A stretch of 64,000 nucleotides of DNA from Opitutales bacterium (GTDB lineage: Bacteria; Verrucomicrobiota; Verrucomicrobiia; Opitutales; PNEW01), in assembly GCA_965197745.1 (NCBI GenBank), contig CBDANS010000004.1:64001-128000 (forward strand). Reading direction: 5' to 3'. This document shows, piece after piece, positions 30,820 to 41,081 of the stretch. The number at the start of each line of letters is the position of its first letter. The first letter of the stretch is position 1. Both the position numbers and the translations under genes were made by a program. The notes under the pieces are model-generated. The model ran no database searches. It worked only from the letters and a program-made list of their open reading frames with translations, and had not been told where the DNA came from.

Positions 30820-32736
30820 ATGTGTGGCATTGTAGGATTCACGGGGTTTTCACTTAAGGAAAATATATTACAGGAGGCGGTCGATACCCTTCATCATCGA
30901 GGACCCGACGGGAGCGGAACTTATATTGATCCTGATATTCCCGTTGGGCTGGGCCATGCGCGCTTATCGGTCATCGACCTTGAAACCGGAGACCAACCCC
31001 TCTATGCCCGAAACGGAGAATTGGTGCTGGTTTGCAATGGCGAGATTTACGAATTCGAACGGCTCCGCGATGAACTCATAACGCTCGGCCATACCTTCAA
31101 TACGCAAAGTGATTCCGAAGTGATTCTTCATCTTTACATGGAATACGGGATGGAATTCGTTCACTTCCTTCGCGGAGAATTCGCGTTTCTTTTGCTCGAC
31201 AAAGCACAGAACCAATTAATTGCGGTTCGAGACCGATTTGGTATTAAACCGCTTTATTTTAGTGGGGAGGAAGGGAATTTTGTCTTTGCCTCGGAGGCGA
31301 AAGCCCTTTTCGCAACCGGATGCCTTCAAGCCAAGATCGATCCGATAGCGGTCAGAGATTTTCTCTGCGGAATCTTTCCCGATTCCATTTTTGAAGGGGT
31401 TCAGATAGTTCCACCGGGATGCCTGATGCAGGTGCATCTCGAAAATGGGCGGCATGAGGTGCTTCAATACTGGGATTTGGATTTTAAACCCGAAGCTGAA
31501 ATCGAAGATGACAAAAGTTTAGAGCACTATACCCGCACTGTCCATGATACTCTTGATGAAACGGTGCGGCTCCGTTTGCGGGCGGATGTTCCGGTTGGCG
31601 TATACCTGAGCGGGGGAATTGATTCATCGGTTGTCGCGGCCTCCATGGCTCGTCAGCATTCCGGTCCAATTAAAGCCTTTACCATTACCTTTCCTGAGGA
31701 CGAGAAATTCAATGAATCTCGATTGGCGAAAGACATGGCTGAAAAGATTGGAGCGGAATTTCATTCCATAACCTGCGATCATTCCACCCTGATGCAGAAC
31801 ATGGAGGATTGTCTGTGGGGCTCTGAATTGCCTTTTCTCAATTTTCATGGTGTTGGCAAGTTCCTCCTCTCGCGTCTGGCGCAACAACATGTCAAAGTGG
31901 TTTTGACCGGAGAAGGCTCGGATGAGATTTTTCTGGGTTATGTTTGTTTTCAACCCGGCAAGGGCGCTATTAGCCACCAGATGGAAAACCGGCTAAGGAA
32001 GTTAAAGGTTCCCCAGGGTTCCCATGTCCGCAAAATTATTGAGGCGATTGGATTTTTGCCATTACCCGAGCATGCGGAATCTTTCTCGTGGCGAAGGCAA
32101 TTATTATTACGCATCCTTTTCCACCCCCGCCAGCGAATGCAGCTGTCGGAATGTCCTCCTATTGACCGTCTCGTGCGGCGTATTAATCCGGAACAGACCA
32201 ATGATTGTTCCAACAACGGAAAGATTCAATACTTCTGGATTAAATCAATGCTCGCGCCTTATATCCTGACGACTATTGGTGATCGCCAGGAAATGGCGCA
32301 CTCTATTGAAGGGCGCACCCCTTTTCTTGACCACACCCTTTTTGAAAAGGCTCGCTCCATACCCGAGCGATTCAAGATCCACAACGGGGTGGATAAATAT
32401 GTATTACGAGAAGCCTTCAAGACCGAGGTAACGGAGGAGATTTACGGCCATGAAAAATGGCCATTTAGCGCCCCGCCCCTGTGGGTAAAAAAAGGCCTTT
32501 ATCCCATTCTTGATTTGCTCATCGATCGTTACTTGAGCAATTCGGCGATTAATAAAACCGGTATTTTCAATTATCGCATGATTCAATGCTGCCGTCTTTT
32601 TACACGATTGGTTTTCTTCGATTGCCAACTGAAGCGGCGCCTGAACATGATGTTGATTTTTATTCTGACTATTCAGATCCTCGATCATCTCTATGTTCAG
32701 GATTTCGCTGCAAATCTGACGAAGCGAAAGAGATAA
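30820..32736 (+). CDS. asnB: Asparagine synthetase B family amidotransferase
   Basis: MCGI, HRGPD, NGEIY, RDRFGIKPL, LSGGIDSS, TGEGSDE, EGRTPFLD. Confidence 0.9.
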   Translation: MCGIVGFTGFSLKENILQEAVDTLHHRGPDGSGTYIDPDIPVGLGHARLSVIDLETGDQPLYARNGELVLVCNGEIYEFERLRDELITLGHTFNTQSDSEVILHLYMEYGMEFVHFLRGEFAFLLLDKAQNQLIAVRDRFGIKPLYFSGEEGNFVFASEAKALFATGCLQAKIDPIAVRDFLCGIFPDSIFEGVQIVPPGCLMQVHLENGRHEVLQYWDLDFKPEAEIEDDKSLEHYTRTVHDTLDETVRLRLRADVPVGVYLSGGIDSSVVAASMARQHSGPIKAFTITFPEDEKFNESRLAKDMAEKIGAEFHSITCDHSTLMQNMEDCLWGSELPFLNFHGVGKFLLSRLAQQHVKVVLTGEGSDEIFLGYVCFQPGKGAISHQMENRLRKLKVPQGSHVRKIIEAIGFLPLPEHAESFSWRRQLLLRILFHPRQRMQLSECPPIDRLVRRINPEQTNDCSNNGKIQYFWIKSMLAPYILTTIGDRQEMAHSIEGRTPFLDHTLFEKARSIPERFKIHNGVDKYVLREAFKTEVTEEIYGHEKWPFSAPPLWVKKGLYPILDLLIDRYLSNSAINKTGIFNYRMIQCCRLFTRLVFFDCQLKRRLNMMLIFILTIQILDHLYVQDFAANLTKRKR

Positions 32737-32849
32737 AAAGATAGGCTATCAATAGAAAAATGATACGCTTGCATGATGACGGTCTTTCCCTTCGCACCGG
32801 TAGGTTCACTCCGACGGCGTGATGACCGCAGTTTATCTGTCTTCGAAGC

Positions 32850-34064
32850 TCAGGGACGGACCGGTGTTCCATCGGGGATGCGGGCCTGTGTCCACCATTG
32901 CCCTTGAATGTCGCTATCTTTACAAGGGTGTCTGGCCGCAAGCGATTCATCGATGTCTATGCCGAGACCGGAGTTTTCATTGGGATACAAATAGCCATCA
33001 CGGACTTCAGGTATGCCGGGAAACATGTCACAGGTTAAATTATTGAAGCGGCACCACTCCTGAATTCCAAAATTGGGAGCCCAAAGATCGAGGTGGAGAT
33101 TGGCGGTGTGGCCGACAGGTGAGACATCACCCGGACCATGCCAGGCAGTTCTAATGCCGTAGATCCTGGCAAAAGCGGCAACATTTCGAGCCGGTGTAAG
33201 TCCACCCATAATGCTGATGTGCATACGGATGAAATCGATGAGACGATCCTGGATAAGGGGAGTCCATTCAAGGGGATGGGAAAAGAGCTCACCCATGGCG
33301 AGGGGAGTGGAACACTGACTTCGCATATGGCGAAACCATTCAATATCTTCGGGAGCTAGCGCATCTTCTAAAAAAAACAGCTTATAGGGTTCTACATCTT
33401 TGGCAAAAGCGATGGCGTCAATGGGCTGTAAACGTTCGTGAATATCGTGAAGGAGTTCTATTTCTGGCCCTACGGAATTTCGTATATGCTCAATCATCCC
33501 CACCGCTTTCCGACTGTAATCCCGGGGATCATAGTAAACGCCATCGGGCGCGCCATCAGGCTTGTGAAAATTCGCTGCCTGACCTCCATAGCCGCCCATC
33601 TGAATACGGATATACTTGTAACCCTGCTCGATAAATTGTTTCACACTGTCTTCAACTTCAAGCCTGTCCTTTCCGTCCGCGTGGGTGTAAACTGCTGCCG
33701 CTTCCCGGCATTTTCCCCCGAATAATTGGTAGACCGGCATGCCCGCGCGTTTGCCTTTAATGTCCCAGAGGGCTATATCCACCCCGGAAATGGCATTGTT
33801 GAGGACCGGACCGTTGCGCCAGTAAGCGTTGACCATCGACATCTGCCAGATCTCCTCAATCCTATCAACGTCTCTTCCGATGAGGAAGGGGCGAAGGTGA
33901 TCCTCGATAGTTTTATGGACGGCGTGAAAACGCGGAGAAAAAGTGGCACAACCTAATCCATACAGGCCGGGTTCAGAGGTGATAACTTTGACAACAATTA
34001 GCGGTGAACCTTCCGGCTGGGTCAAAATCGTTTTTACATCTTTTATCGTTACTGGTGTGGCCAT
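32850..34064 (-). CDS. Enolase-superfamily acid-sugar dehydratase (ManD/RspA-like)
   Basis: GLGCAT, YWRNGP, DIALWDIKGK, HDIHER, FFLED, MGE, AWHGP, IQE. Confidence 0.9.
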   Translation of the reverse strand: MATPVTIKDVKTILTQPEGSPLIVVKVITSEPGLYGLGCATFSPRFHAVHKTIEDHLRPFLIGRDVDRIEEIWQMSMVNAYWRNGPVLNNAISGVDIALWDIKGKRAGMPVYQLFGGKCREAAAVYTHADGKDRLEVEDSVKQFIEQGYKYIRIQMGGYGGQAANFHKPDGAPDGVYYDPRDYSRKAVGMIEHIRNSVGPEIELLHDIHERLQPIDAIAFAKDVEPYKLFFLEDALAPEDIEWFRHMRSQCSTPLAMGELFSHPLEWTPLIQDRLIDFIRMHISIMGGLTPARNVAAFARIYGIRTAWHGPGDVSPVGHTANLHLDLWAPNFGIQEWCRFNNLTCDMFPGIPEVRDGYLYPNENSGLGIDIDESLAARHPCKDSDIQGQWWTQARIPDGTPVRP

Positions 34065-34189
34065 ATGCCTTTTGAATTTAAATTAATGATGGTTGCGAAA
34101 TTTGAAAAAATACTGGAACTATGAATTAGTCCAATTTTATTATAGAGGAAACGATCCACAACTGTAATTAGAATTTACCAAGGGCAATC

Positions 34190-34996
34190 ATGTCGTTTAA
34201 GTTAGGTTACTGTACCCTGCGCTGGAAGAACCCGGAATTAGAACCAGCCTTAGAGGCCCTCAAGAGAGCAGGGTGGGATGGATGGGAAGGCCGCTTGCCG
34301 CTTAATTGGCTGGGTACACCGCAACGGGTGCAGCGTATCTGTAAAAATACCGACATGCCCCTGGCAATATTGACGGCAGAGGGGACACCCGATAACCGCG
34401 ATCCCGAAAACATCGAACGAAACAAACGTCGTATGGAATTTGCTGCTGAAATCGGCGCTGATTGTTTTATGTACATGAACGGTTCCAAACCGGAAGGAAA
34501 AGCGGTGAATGATGATGATCTTAAGGCAGCGGCAGAAGGTGCTGAGACGTGGGCCGACTATGCCGCGCAATACGATTTAGAGCTGAGTTATCATATCCAT
34601 ACCAACTTATTAGTCGATAGCGCTGAGGACTGGAAAACCTATATGGGATACCTTGACAAAGCTAAACTATGCATTGATGTCTCGCATGCTCAACTCTGGG
34701 GCTATGACCCGGTCGAAGCCATTCGAGACTACAAGGATCAACTGAATTATATCCATTTGCAGGACTATTCCTCCTACACCCAACACGATAACGGTTTCCA
34801 TGATCCGCACTGGTGCGCTGTGGGGGAAGCAGAAGCCTGTGATTTCACGGCGATTGCGGGAATACTTAAAGAAATTAACTATAACCGCTGGGTCACAGGT
34901 TGCCCGGGTGAGCCGCAGCCGGGAAGAGAAGATGCTTTAAGCATCGCTGAGTGCAGTCAATCGATGTACGATTACATACGCCGGGTCGGTTACTAG
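34190..34996 (+). CDS. Sugar phosphate isomerase/epimerase (xylose-isomerase-like TIM barrel, IolE-like)
   Basis: YHIH, IDVSH and YIHLQD motifs. Confidence 0.75.
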   Translation: MSFKLGYCTLRWKNPELEPALEALKRAGWDGWEGRLPLNWLGTPQRVQRICKNTDMPLAILTAEGTPDNRDPENIERNKRRMEFAAEIGADCFMYMNGSKPEGKAVNDDDLKAAAEGAETWADYAAQYDLELSYHIHTNLLVDSAEDWKTYMGYLDKAKLCIDVSHAQLWGYDPVEAIRDYKDQLNYIHLQDYSSYTQHDNGFHDPHWCAVGEAEACDFTAIAGILKEINYNRWVTGCPGEPQPGREDALSIAECSQSMYDYIRRVGY

Positions 34997-35086
34997 CGTA
35001 TTATTATCGTTTCTAAAGAAGCGCTGTAACTACTATCCCATATCCTGTCGTCATTTCGAGATAACCCCCGGAGAGCTTTTACTCAG

Positions 35087-35942
35087 CTAAATATTTTGTG
35101 TGTCTAAGTAACCCCACTCGCGCAACCAGTTAATCCAGTGTTCTCGCCGTGAACTGTTCTCATTATTCGCAACCCAGGAGGGATGAAATTGTGGACCAAA
35201 GGTTTTATTACGTATCCTGCTATTCTTCATGATGTCCACGTAATTTTGCACCGAATTCTTTTCTTCAGCGGATTGAGGATTTTTAAAAAAATTAAAAGTG
35301 CATGTTCTGCGGTCTAAATAACCACCCCAGGCTGCATGCCAGGTGCGGCCATTAAAAGTAATCATGTCTCCCGGTTGCGAGGTGAAGACAAAAGCGGGGA
35401 TATCGCAAATTTCAAGACCGGCCTTTTTTTAAAAACGATGCATCACCCGACCCGCCGCGCAATCCTATTTTTGTGAGTTCATCGTGATAGGGACTTTTAT
35501 GGGAACCGGGAATCACTCGCAACGCGCCTTTCTCAGCTGTAGTGGCTTGCAAATAAATGACGTTTTTAAGCATGTGAAAATCAGGATCTACGAAGTCCGG
35601 GTGCCAGCTCGTGTTTTGGGAGTAGCTGTTGGAATTGGATAGGATGGGAACGGCGCCCTTTCCCATAAGCATTTCAGAGGCATCAGCAATGCGAGGATCT
35701 TCAAGTATATTGGTAAGAAAGGGTGTGTTGGGATGCCGGTTTGCCCAGTTAACATTGGATAAGCGTTCTCCCTCACGGGCACTCGTTTCCTTTAACACTA
35801 CTTTATATTGTTTATCAAATTCTTCGTTAATCGTCTTTATTTCGTCAGTAGTGAACACATTTCGACGAACAATGAAACCAAAGGTGTTAAAATGCTCGAC
35901 TTGAGATTCTGTCAGTATTGATGGGGATGTGATTTGGATCAT
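35087..35942 (-). pseudogene. PhyH-family Fe(II)/2OG dioxygenase, frameshifted at A7 run (35424-35430)
   Basis: F..FGF, WHPD and GALRVIPGSH in ORF1; QPGDMITF..RTWHA in the other frame; removing one A gives a continuous 284 aa. Confidence 0.85.
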
Positions 35943-36161
35943 TTTATTCCTTTTTTATTATTGTTTGTATAATCCAAAAATGAGCGAGTATAAAAAATGC
36001 GATTAAAATTTATCAGTTGGCCGGTTGGGCCCAATGGCGATTGGCTGATCATTCTCCTTAACACCGTGTTTATTGAATACACACACTTGACTTCAAATGT
36101 GAAAAAGGCAGTCTTGATCATTTCTCTCCGCAAGGAATTCATAGTAATGGTTATAAAATAT

Positions 36162-36248
36162 GCCGAGGTGGCGGAATTGGCAGACGCGCTAGGTTCAGGA
36201 TCTAGTACTCGCAAGGGTGTGAGGGTTCGAGTCCCTCTCTCGGCACCA
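36162..36248 (+). tRNA. tRNA-Leu (CAG)
   Basis: GCCGAGG acceptor, GGAATTGGCAGAC D-arm, CTAGG-TTCAGGA-TCTAG anticodon arm, long variable arm, GGTTCGAGTCC, encoded CCA. Confidence 0.97.
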
Positions 36249-36270
36249 TTATTTATCGACATTTTGTCAA

Positions 36271-36296
36271 GATTTGCTAATTTGAGTTAGCAAATC
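36271..36296. promoter_or_regulatory. Perfect 10-bp inverted repeat between tRNA and integrase
   Basis: GATTTGCTAA-TTTGAG-TTAGCAAATC; possible terminator, operator or att arm site. Confidence 0.45.
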
Positions 36297-36305
36297 ATGA
36301 TCTAG

Positions 36306-37296
36306 ATGGCGAAACAAAGATTTAAAATCAACAAGTTTACCAACCCGGGTGGGTCAGAAGCCTGGCGTTTATCCGGTACCCTAAATAGTAAGCAAATTCG
36401 CAAGAATTTCAAGTCCCGAAACGATGCCGTCGCCGAGCGTCAACAGTTATCGATCCGCTATTTAAACGAACAATCAGAAGGGCAGACGGTTTGGACCACG
36501 CTGACCCACGGGCAGAACAAAGAGGCCATTGCAGCTATTAATCTTCTTAAGCAAACCAACTCCAATAAGCCTCTCACCTTTGCTGTTAACTATTTCTTAG
36601 AGCATTATAAAGAAGCCGCCGAGACAATGACAATCGAAGAAGCCGTCCGAGAGTATTGCGATCATAAATCCAAGGAAATGGAGCGTGGTATCATCTCATT
36701 TTGCCAAGAGCAGGGCATTATTCGTGAGATGAAAAAGCTAAAACGCTATTTCGCGGGGCGGATAGTGAATGAAATTCAACCTGTTGAGTTGAATACTTAC
36801 CTCGACACACGACACGGTCGCTCAAAGGCAGTGCTCACCCTTAAAACCTGGAATAACCGCCGTGGATACCTAAGCACCTTTTTCAAGTACTGCGTGGCGA
36901 AAAAATATATAGGAGAAAACCCGATCCTGGAAGTTCCCCAGTATAAAATTAAACATCGCAGGGGAAGCGCCGAGATTCTCTCTGCTCGTGAAGCAGCCGA
37001 GCTGATGGAGTGGCTGGAAACCTATCGGGGCAAGCAGAACAGGGACGGGACCTGGTGGGGAGACCCCGGGTGCATGGTGCCCTATTTTGCATTGGCCCTG
37101 TTTGCAGGAATCAGACCCGACTGGAAGCATGGTGAAATGAGCAAACTCAAGCCCAAGCACATCCGCATGGATACCGGGGTTATCCTTATCGAACCGGAGG
37201 TCTCGAAAGTTAAGGAAAAGCGTGCCATTAAAATCCAACCCAACCTTAGTCTGTGGCTGGAGAAGTATCCACCTGCCCTCTACCCGATCATCCCAA
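36306..37296 (+). pseudogene. tRNA-associated tyrosine integrase, C-terminus removed by IS insertion
   Basis: TWNNRRGYLSTFF..NP, LALFAGIRP (catalytic Arg) and SKVK present; HxxR and Tyr absent; ORF runs into the IS end at 37297. Confidence 0.85.
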
Positions 37297-38614
37297 TGGT
37301 CGTGACCACGAAAACTGGTCCACTTGAAAAGTTAGTCTGGTCCAACTAGAAAGGACACAGACAATGAAAGGCAAAAGATACACGACCGAAGAGAAAATAC
37401 GGATGCTGCGCCAGGCGGACAAAGGGAAAACGATCCTGGAAGCATGCCGCGAGAACAACATAAGCGAACAGACCTTCCACCGCTGGAAACGTGAGTTTGG
37501 GATGATTGATGTCAACCAGGCCAAGCGGATGAAGGAGCTCTTTGAAGGAGAACGCGCGGTTAAAACGGATGCTGGCGGACAAGATGCTGGGGATAGAGAT
37601 CCTGCAGGAGACCCTCGAAAAAAAACTGTAAGCCCTGGGCACAAGCGGCAAGTGGCAGAGAGACTTGTGACTCGGGGCCAGTGTTCGATGCGAGCGGGGT
37701 GCCGGTACTTTCGGCTGCACCGTTCCACCTATGCGTATAGGGCCAAGCATCCGGATGCCTGGCTAACGAAACTAAAAGCGGCAGTAAGGCGGTTATCACG
37801 GCAATACGCGAGGTGGGGCTATCCCAAGATCACGAAGCTGTTGAAGGACGAAGGCTGGCAGGTGGGTAAACGTCTCGTGCAAGGTCTGCGACGTGAACTG
37901 GGTCTGGCGATCCCCCCACGCAAGCCAAGACGCCGGCGCAGGGGTGTCTGCACCGGGCTACCGACAAAGGCCGAACATCCCGACCATGTTTGGACCTGGG
38001 ATTTTATCCACGATAAGACGGTTCGCGGCGGCAGTCTAAAAATGCTGACCGTGCTCGATGAGTACACCCGCGAGTGCCGGGTGATCCATGTTGATCGCCA
38101 TATCAATGCGGAAACGGTGCGCGGTATCATGCAAAAACTGCTCGACCGGCATGGGCCGCCAAAATATATTCGTAGCGACAACGGTTCCGTTCCGAGGAGC
38201 GAAGCGACGACATGCAAAGCCATTCATTGAAAGCCAATTGAGAGCCTGGCTAACTGCGATGAAAATCAAAACCCTCTATATCGAACCAGCAAGCCCTTGG
38301 CAGAACGGATACATTGAATCGTTCCATGCCCGTTTTCGCGAGGAGTGTTTAAACCGTGAACAGTTATGGACTTTGACCGAAGCCCGCGTGGTCATCGAAG
38401 ATTGGCGCTGGCTTTACAATCATGTCCGACCCCACCGCAGCCTCGGCAACATCACTCCACGGCACTTCACTGAAAACCTCAATACCGAAGGCTCGGGCTC
38501 CATTCGGGCTACGCCCTCATTGCGCCCAAGCCTTGACTTCCTCTACCAACTTAACTTCAACATTAACCTCTCCAGACTAACTCTCCCTGTGGACCAGTTT
38601 GTGTAACCCGACCA
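37297..38614 (+). mobile_element. IS3-family insertion sequence (1318 bp), damaged
   Basis: IRL TGGTCGTGACCACGAAAACTGGTCCAC; IRR GTGGACCAGTTTGTGTAACCCGACCA; OrfA HTH (from 37364), A8 slippage run near 37619-37626, OrfB WTWDF, SDNG, PWQNGYIESF, RPHRSLG. Confidence 0.93.
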
Positions 38615-38676
38615 GAGTCCTTTCTAGGTTACCCAGACTAACTTTTCAAGTGTACCAGTTTTCGTGGTCACGACCA
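38615..38676 (-). mobile_element. Inverted 62-bp left end of a related IS3 copy
   Basis: Reverse complement TGGTCGTGACCACGAAAACTGGTACACTTGAAAAGTTAGTCTGGGTAACCTAGAAAGGAC nearly matches 37297-37356. Confidence 0.9.
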
Positions 38677-38677
38677 T

Positions 38678-39145
38678 ACGGAGTATTATCTATCCTCAAG
38701 ATATTGTTATTTCGCTAATTTACTGCGCCCTGCATATTTCAGTGCTTATCATTCTATTGAATGTATGGCGAAGGGATTCTTAGAGTTTAAAAACCCTAAG
38801 ATTGATGGTGAATCCTACGGACATAATTGGAGTCATATATTTAAAGATTTGATAAAACATTATCCTAAAGCAAAATATATATCCATCCCTGATTATATGA
38901 TTAAAGAAATCAGCTATTTATCAATCAGATACCCGAAAGGCACATTACTAGTTGCACCTACTAATTTTGTTAATGATGTAGACAAGCGTTTTTTATCAAT
39001 GATTCAACTAGTCTCTCCAAATGATCTAAAGTGGCTAGAAAATATTATTGATGAAAAGGAGGAAATAACACCGGGATTATTTAGCCGCGACAATCTCTAC
39101 AAACAAAATTTTATTAATTACTTTAGAGGTAGTGGGGGTAGTTAA
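38678..39145 (+). pseudogene. HEPN-domain protein, 5' end truncated by IS end
   Basis: Frame is open back to the IS end: EYYLSSRYCYFANLLRPAYFSAYHSIECMAKGFL...YGHNW...SIRYP, matching the HEPN E..K, GH and RYP pattern; AT-rich. Confidence 0.65.
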
Positions 39146-39217
39146 ATAATCAGCGATAAATATAATCCATATGCGTTGAAATTTTTCAACTTCGATATCG
39201 TGACAGGGGCTTAATAT

Positions 39218-39973
39218 TCATTCGAGGTAGTCACAAATATCAGGGATCAATTTTGCGCGCCGACCATTGGGTAATCTTTTCAGGTAGGGATCGACTTCAA
39301 CCAGCTGATCTTCCTCGTAAAGGTCATCCCCCTCGATAATAGTTTCAGGAAGGGTGCTCCCAGGCTCTGGCTCCAGGTCATCAAAGATGAGCGATAGTCT
39401 TCGCGATTCAGGATAGAGCACGTAGGCTGGATTTGATACCCGACCTTTTTTTATAAATTCAAAGAGACAGGGGTAGTGATTTTTCTCGTAGTGCTGGATG
39501 AAATCCCTGACCCAGTTATTAGGAACGGTCTCGCGTTTATTCAACAAAACGACATCGGAGAAATGAATACAGGCTTCGAACCATGTTTTTAAGGATGATT
39601 GATTTTGACAAAGACCACAATTTACGACGCAAAGGGTACGCGCGACTTCAAGGTTGTTTTTACTTATCCACGCACTGAGCGACTCTATCTGGTCAACAGG
39701 ATTTAAGCGACCGCTGGTAATAAAAAAAACTCTCTTCCTGTCTTCAGGTAAATGATCAGCGATTATTTCCCCTTCTGAGGTAAAACGCCATGAAATTAAA
39801 GCTACATCGGGGAGCGCTTGAATTTGTTCATCAAAGGAAGAAGGCTTCTCGTTTTCAGCAAGTAAAACAGCAGTTTTACCTTTGTGATTTTCACTACTGT
39901 TTTCGATAAGATCGAAGGCTATATCCCGTCGCCCCGAACCGGGAGCTCCCAAAAATATATAAATGGGAATCAT
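39218..39973 (-). CDS. Hypothetical protein with degenerate P-loop, CobW/G3E-GTPase-like
   Basis: FLGAPGSGRR and CIHFSDVVLLNKRE; 13 bp downstream of aroC. Confidence 0.6.
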   Translation of the reverse strand: MIPIYIFLGAPGSGRRDIAFDLIENSSENHKGKTAVLLAENEKPSSFDEQIQALPDVALISWRFTSEGEIIADHLPEDRKRVFFITSGRLNPVDQIESLSAWISKNNLEVARTLCVVNCGLCQNQSSLKTWFEACIHFSDVVLLNKRETVPNNWVRDFIQHYEKNHYPCLFEFIKKGRVSNPAYVLYPESRRLSLIFDDLEPEPGSTLPETIIEGDDLYEEDQLVEVDPYLKRLPNGRRAKLIPDICDYLE

Positions 39974-39986
39974 CGTCGAACATGAT

Positions 39987-41081
39987 TTATTTAAATTTGA
40001 AAGTGCCGCATTGGGCCTGTTGGCGCATCCAATGATCAACGAGAACTAAGCCCGTCATGGCTTCTACAATCGGCACCGCGCGTGGGACAACACAGGGATC
40101 GTGTCTGCCACGCGCTTTAAGAACCGTGTTTTCACCTTTTACATTTACGGTGTCCTGTTCTTGAAGAATGGTAGCGGTAGGTTTGAAAGCGACTTTAAAG
40201 TAGAGTTCTTCACCATTGCTAATCCCACCCTGTACCCCGCCGGAGTTATTTGTGCGGGTGCGAACTTTATTATCACGCATTTCAAAGGGATCGTTGTGCT
40301 CTGAACCAGTGAGGTAAGTTCCGGCGAACCCGCTGCCCACCTCGAAACCTTTAGTCGCGGGTAAAGATAACATGGCTTTGGCGAGATCAGCTTCCAGACG
40401 ATCGAAGACCGGTTCGCCTAACCCTACGGGCAGGTTGCGGGTACGACAGAGGATAATGCCACCGACCGAGTCGCCATTCTTTTGTATCTTTTTAATCCGC
40501 GTAATCATTTTATCCGCGGTCTCTGCATCCGGACAGCGCACCGGACTTGCTTCGACTTCCTCAAGACTGGGAAAATTTTCAAGCGGCGACAATTCGATAT
40601 CATGAATACGCGTAATGTAAGCAATTATATCAACGTCGAGGATAGTCTTTAATATTTTTTTCGCGATGGCCCCTGCGGCAACCCGCCCCGCCGTTTCGCG
40701 CGCTGATGACCGGCCACCGCCTTCATGATTACGCCGGCCGAATTTTGCTTCATAAGTGTAATCGGCATGAGAGGGTCGATATTTTTCTTTTATCTCATCA
40801 TAGGCATCCGGGCGAGCATCCTTGTTAGGGATTGTCATCGCGATGGGCGTTCCGAGGGTCCGCCCCTCATAAAGACCGGAAACGATTTTTACGATGTCCG
40901 TTTCCTTGCGTGTGCTTGTGATACTACTTTGTCCGGGACGTCGCCGGTCCAGCTCTTTTTGGATGTCCGCTTCCGATAATGGTAAATCAGGGGGGCAGCC
41001 ATCAACAACCACGCCGAGACCTCCTCCATGACTCTCTCCCCATGTGGATAATGTGAATAACTTACCGAAAGTGTTGCCCAT
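39987..41081 (-). CDS. aroC: Chorismate synthase
   Basis: [34 protein letters not shown]. Confidence 0.97.
   Translation of the reverse strand: MGNTFGKLFTLSTWGESHGGGLGVVVDGCPPDLPLSEADIQKELDRRRPGQSSITSTRKETDIVKIVSGLYEGRTLGTPIAMTIPNKDARPDAYDEIKEKYRPSHADYTYEAKFGRRNHEGGGRSSARETAGRVAAGAIAKKILKTILDVDIIAYITRIHDIELSPLENFPSLEEVEASPVRCPDAETADKMITRIKKIQKNGDSVGGIILCRTRNLPVGLGEPVFDRLEADLAKAMLSLPATKGFEVGSGFAGTYLTGSEHNDPFEMRDNKVRTRTNNSGGVQGGISNGEELYFKVAFKPTATILQEQDTVNVKGENTVLKARGRHDPCVVPRAVPIVEAMTGLVLVDHWMRQQAQCGTFKFK

Noticed and set aside
30820..32736. AsnB as lasso-peptide cyclase
   Set aside because: The full glutaminase domain with Cys2 is retained and no precursor, RRE or peptidase is nearby.
35939..36290. 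ORFs on both strands across 36162-36248
   Set aside because: Shadows of the tRNA-Leu gene.
37288..38269. Several minus-strand ORFs inside the IS
   Set aside because: Antisense shadows of the transposase.
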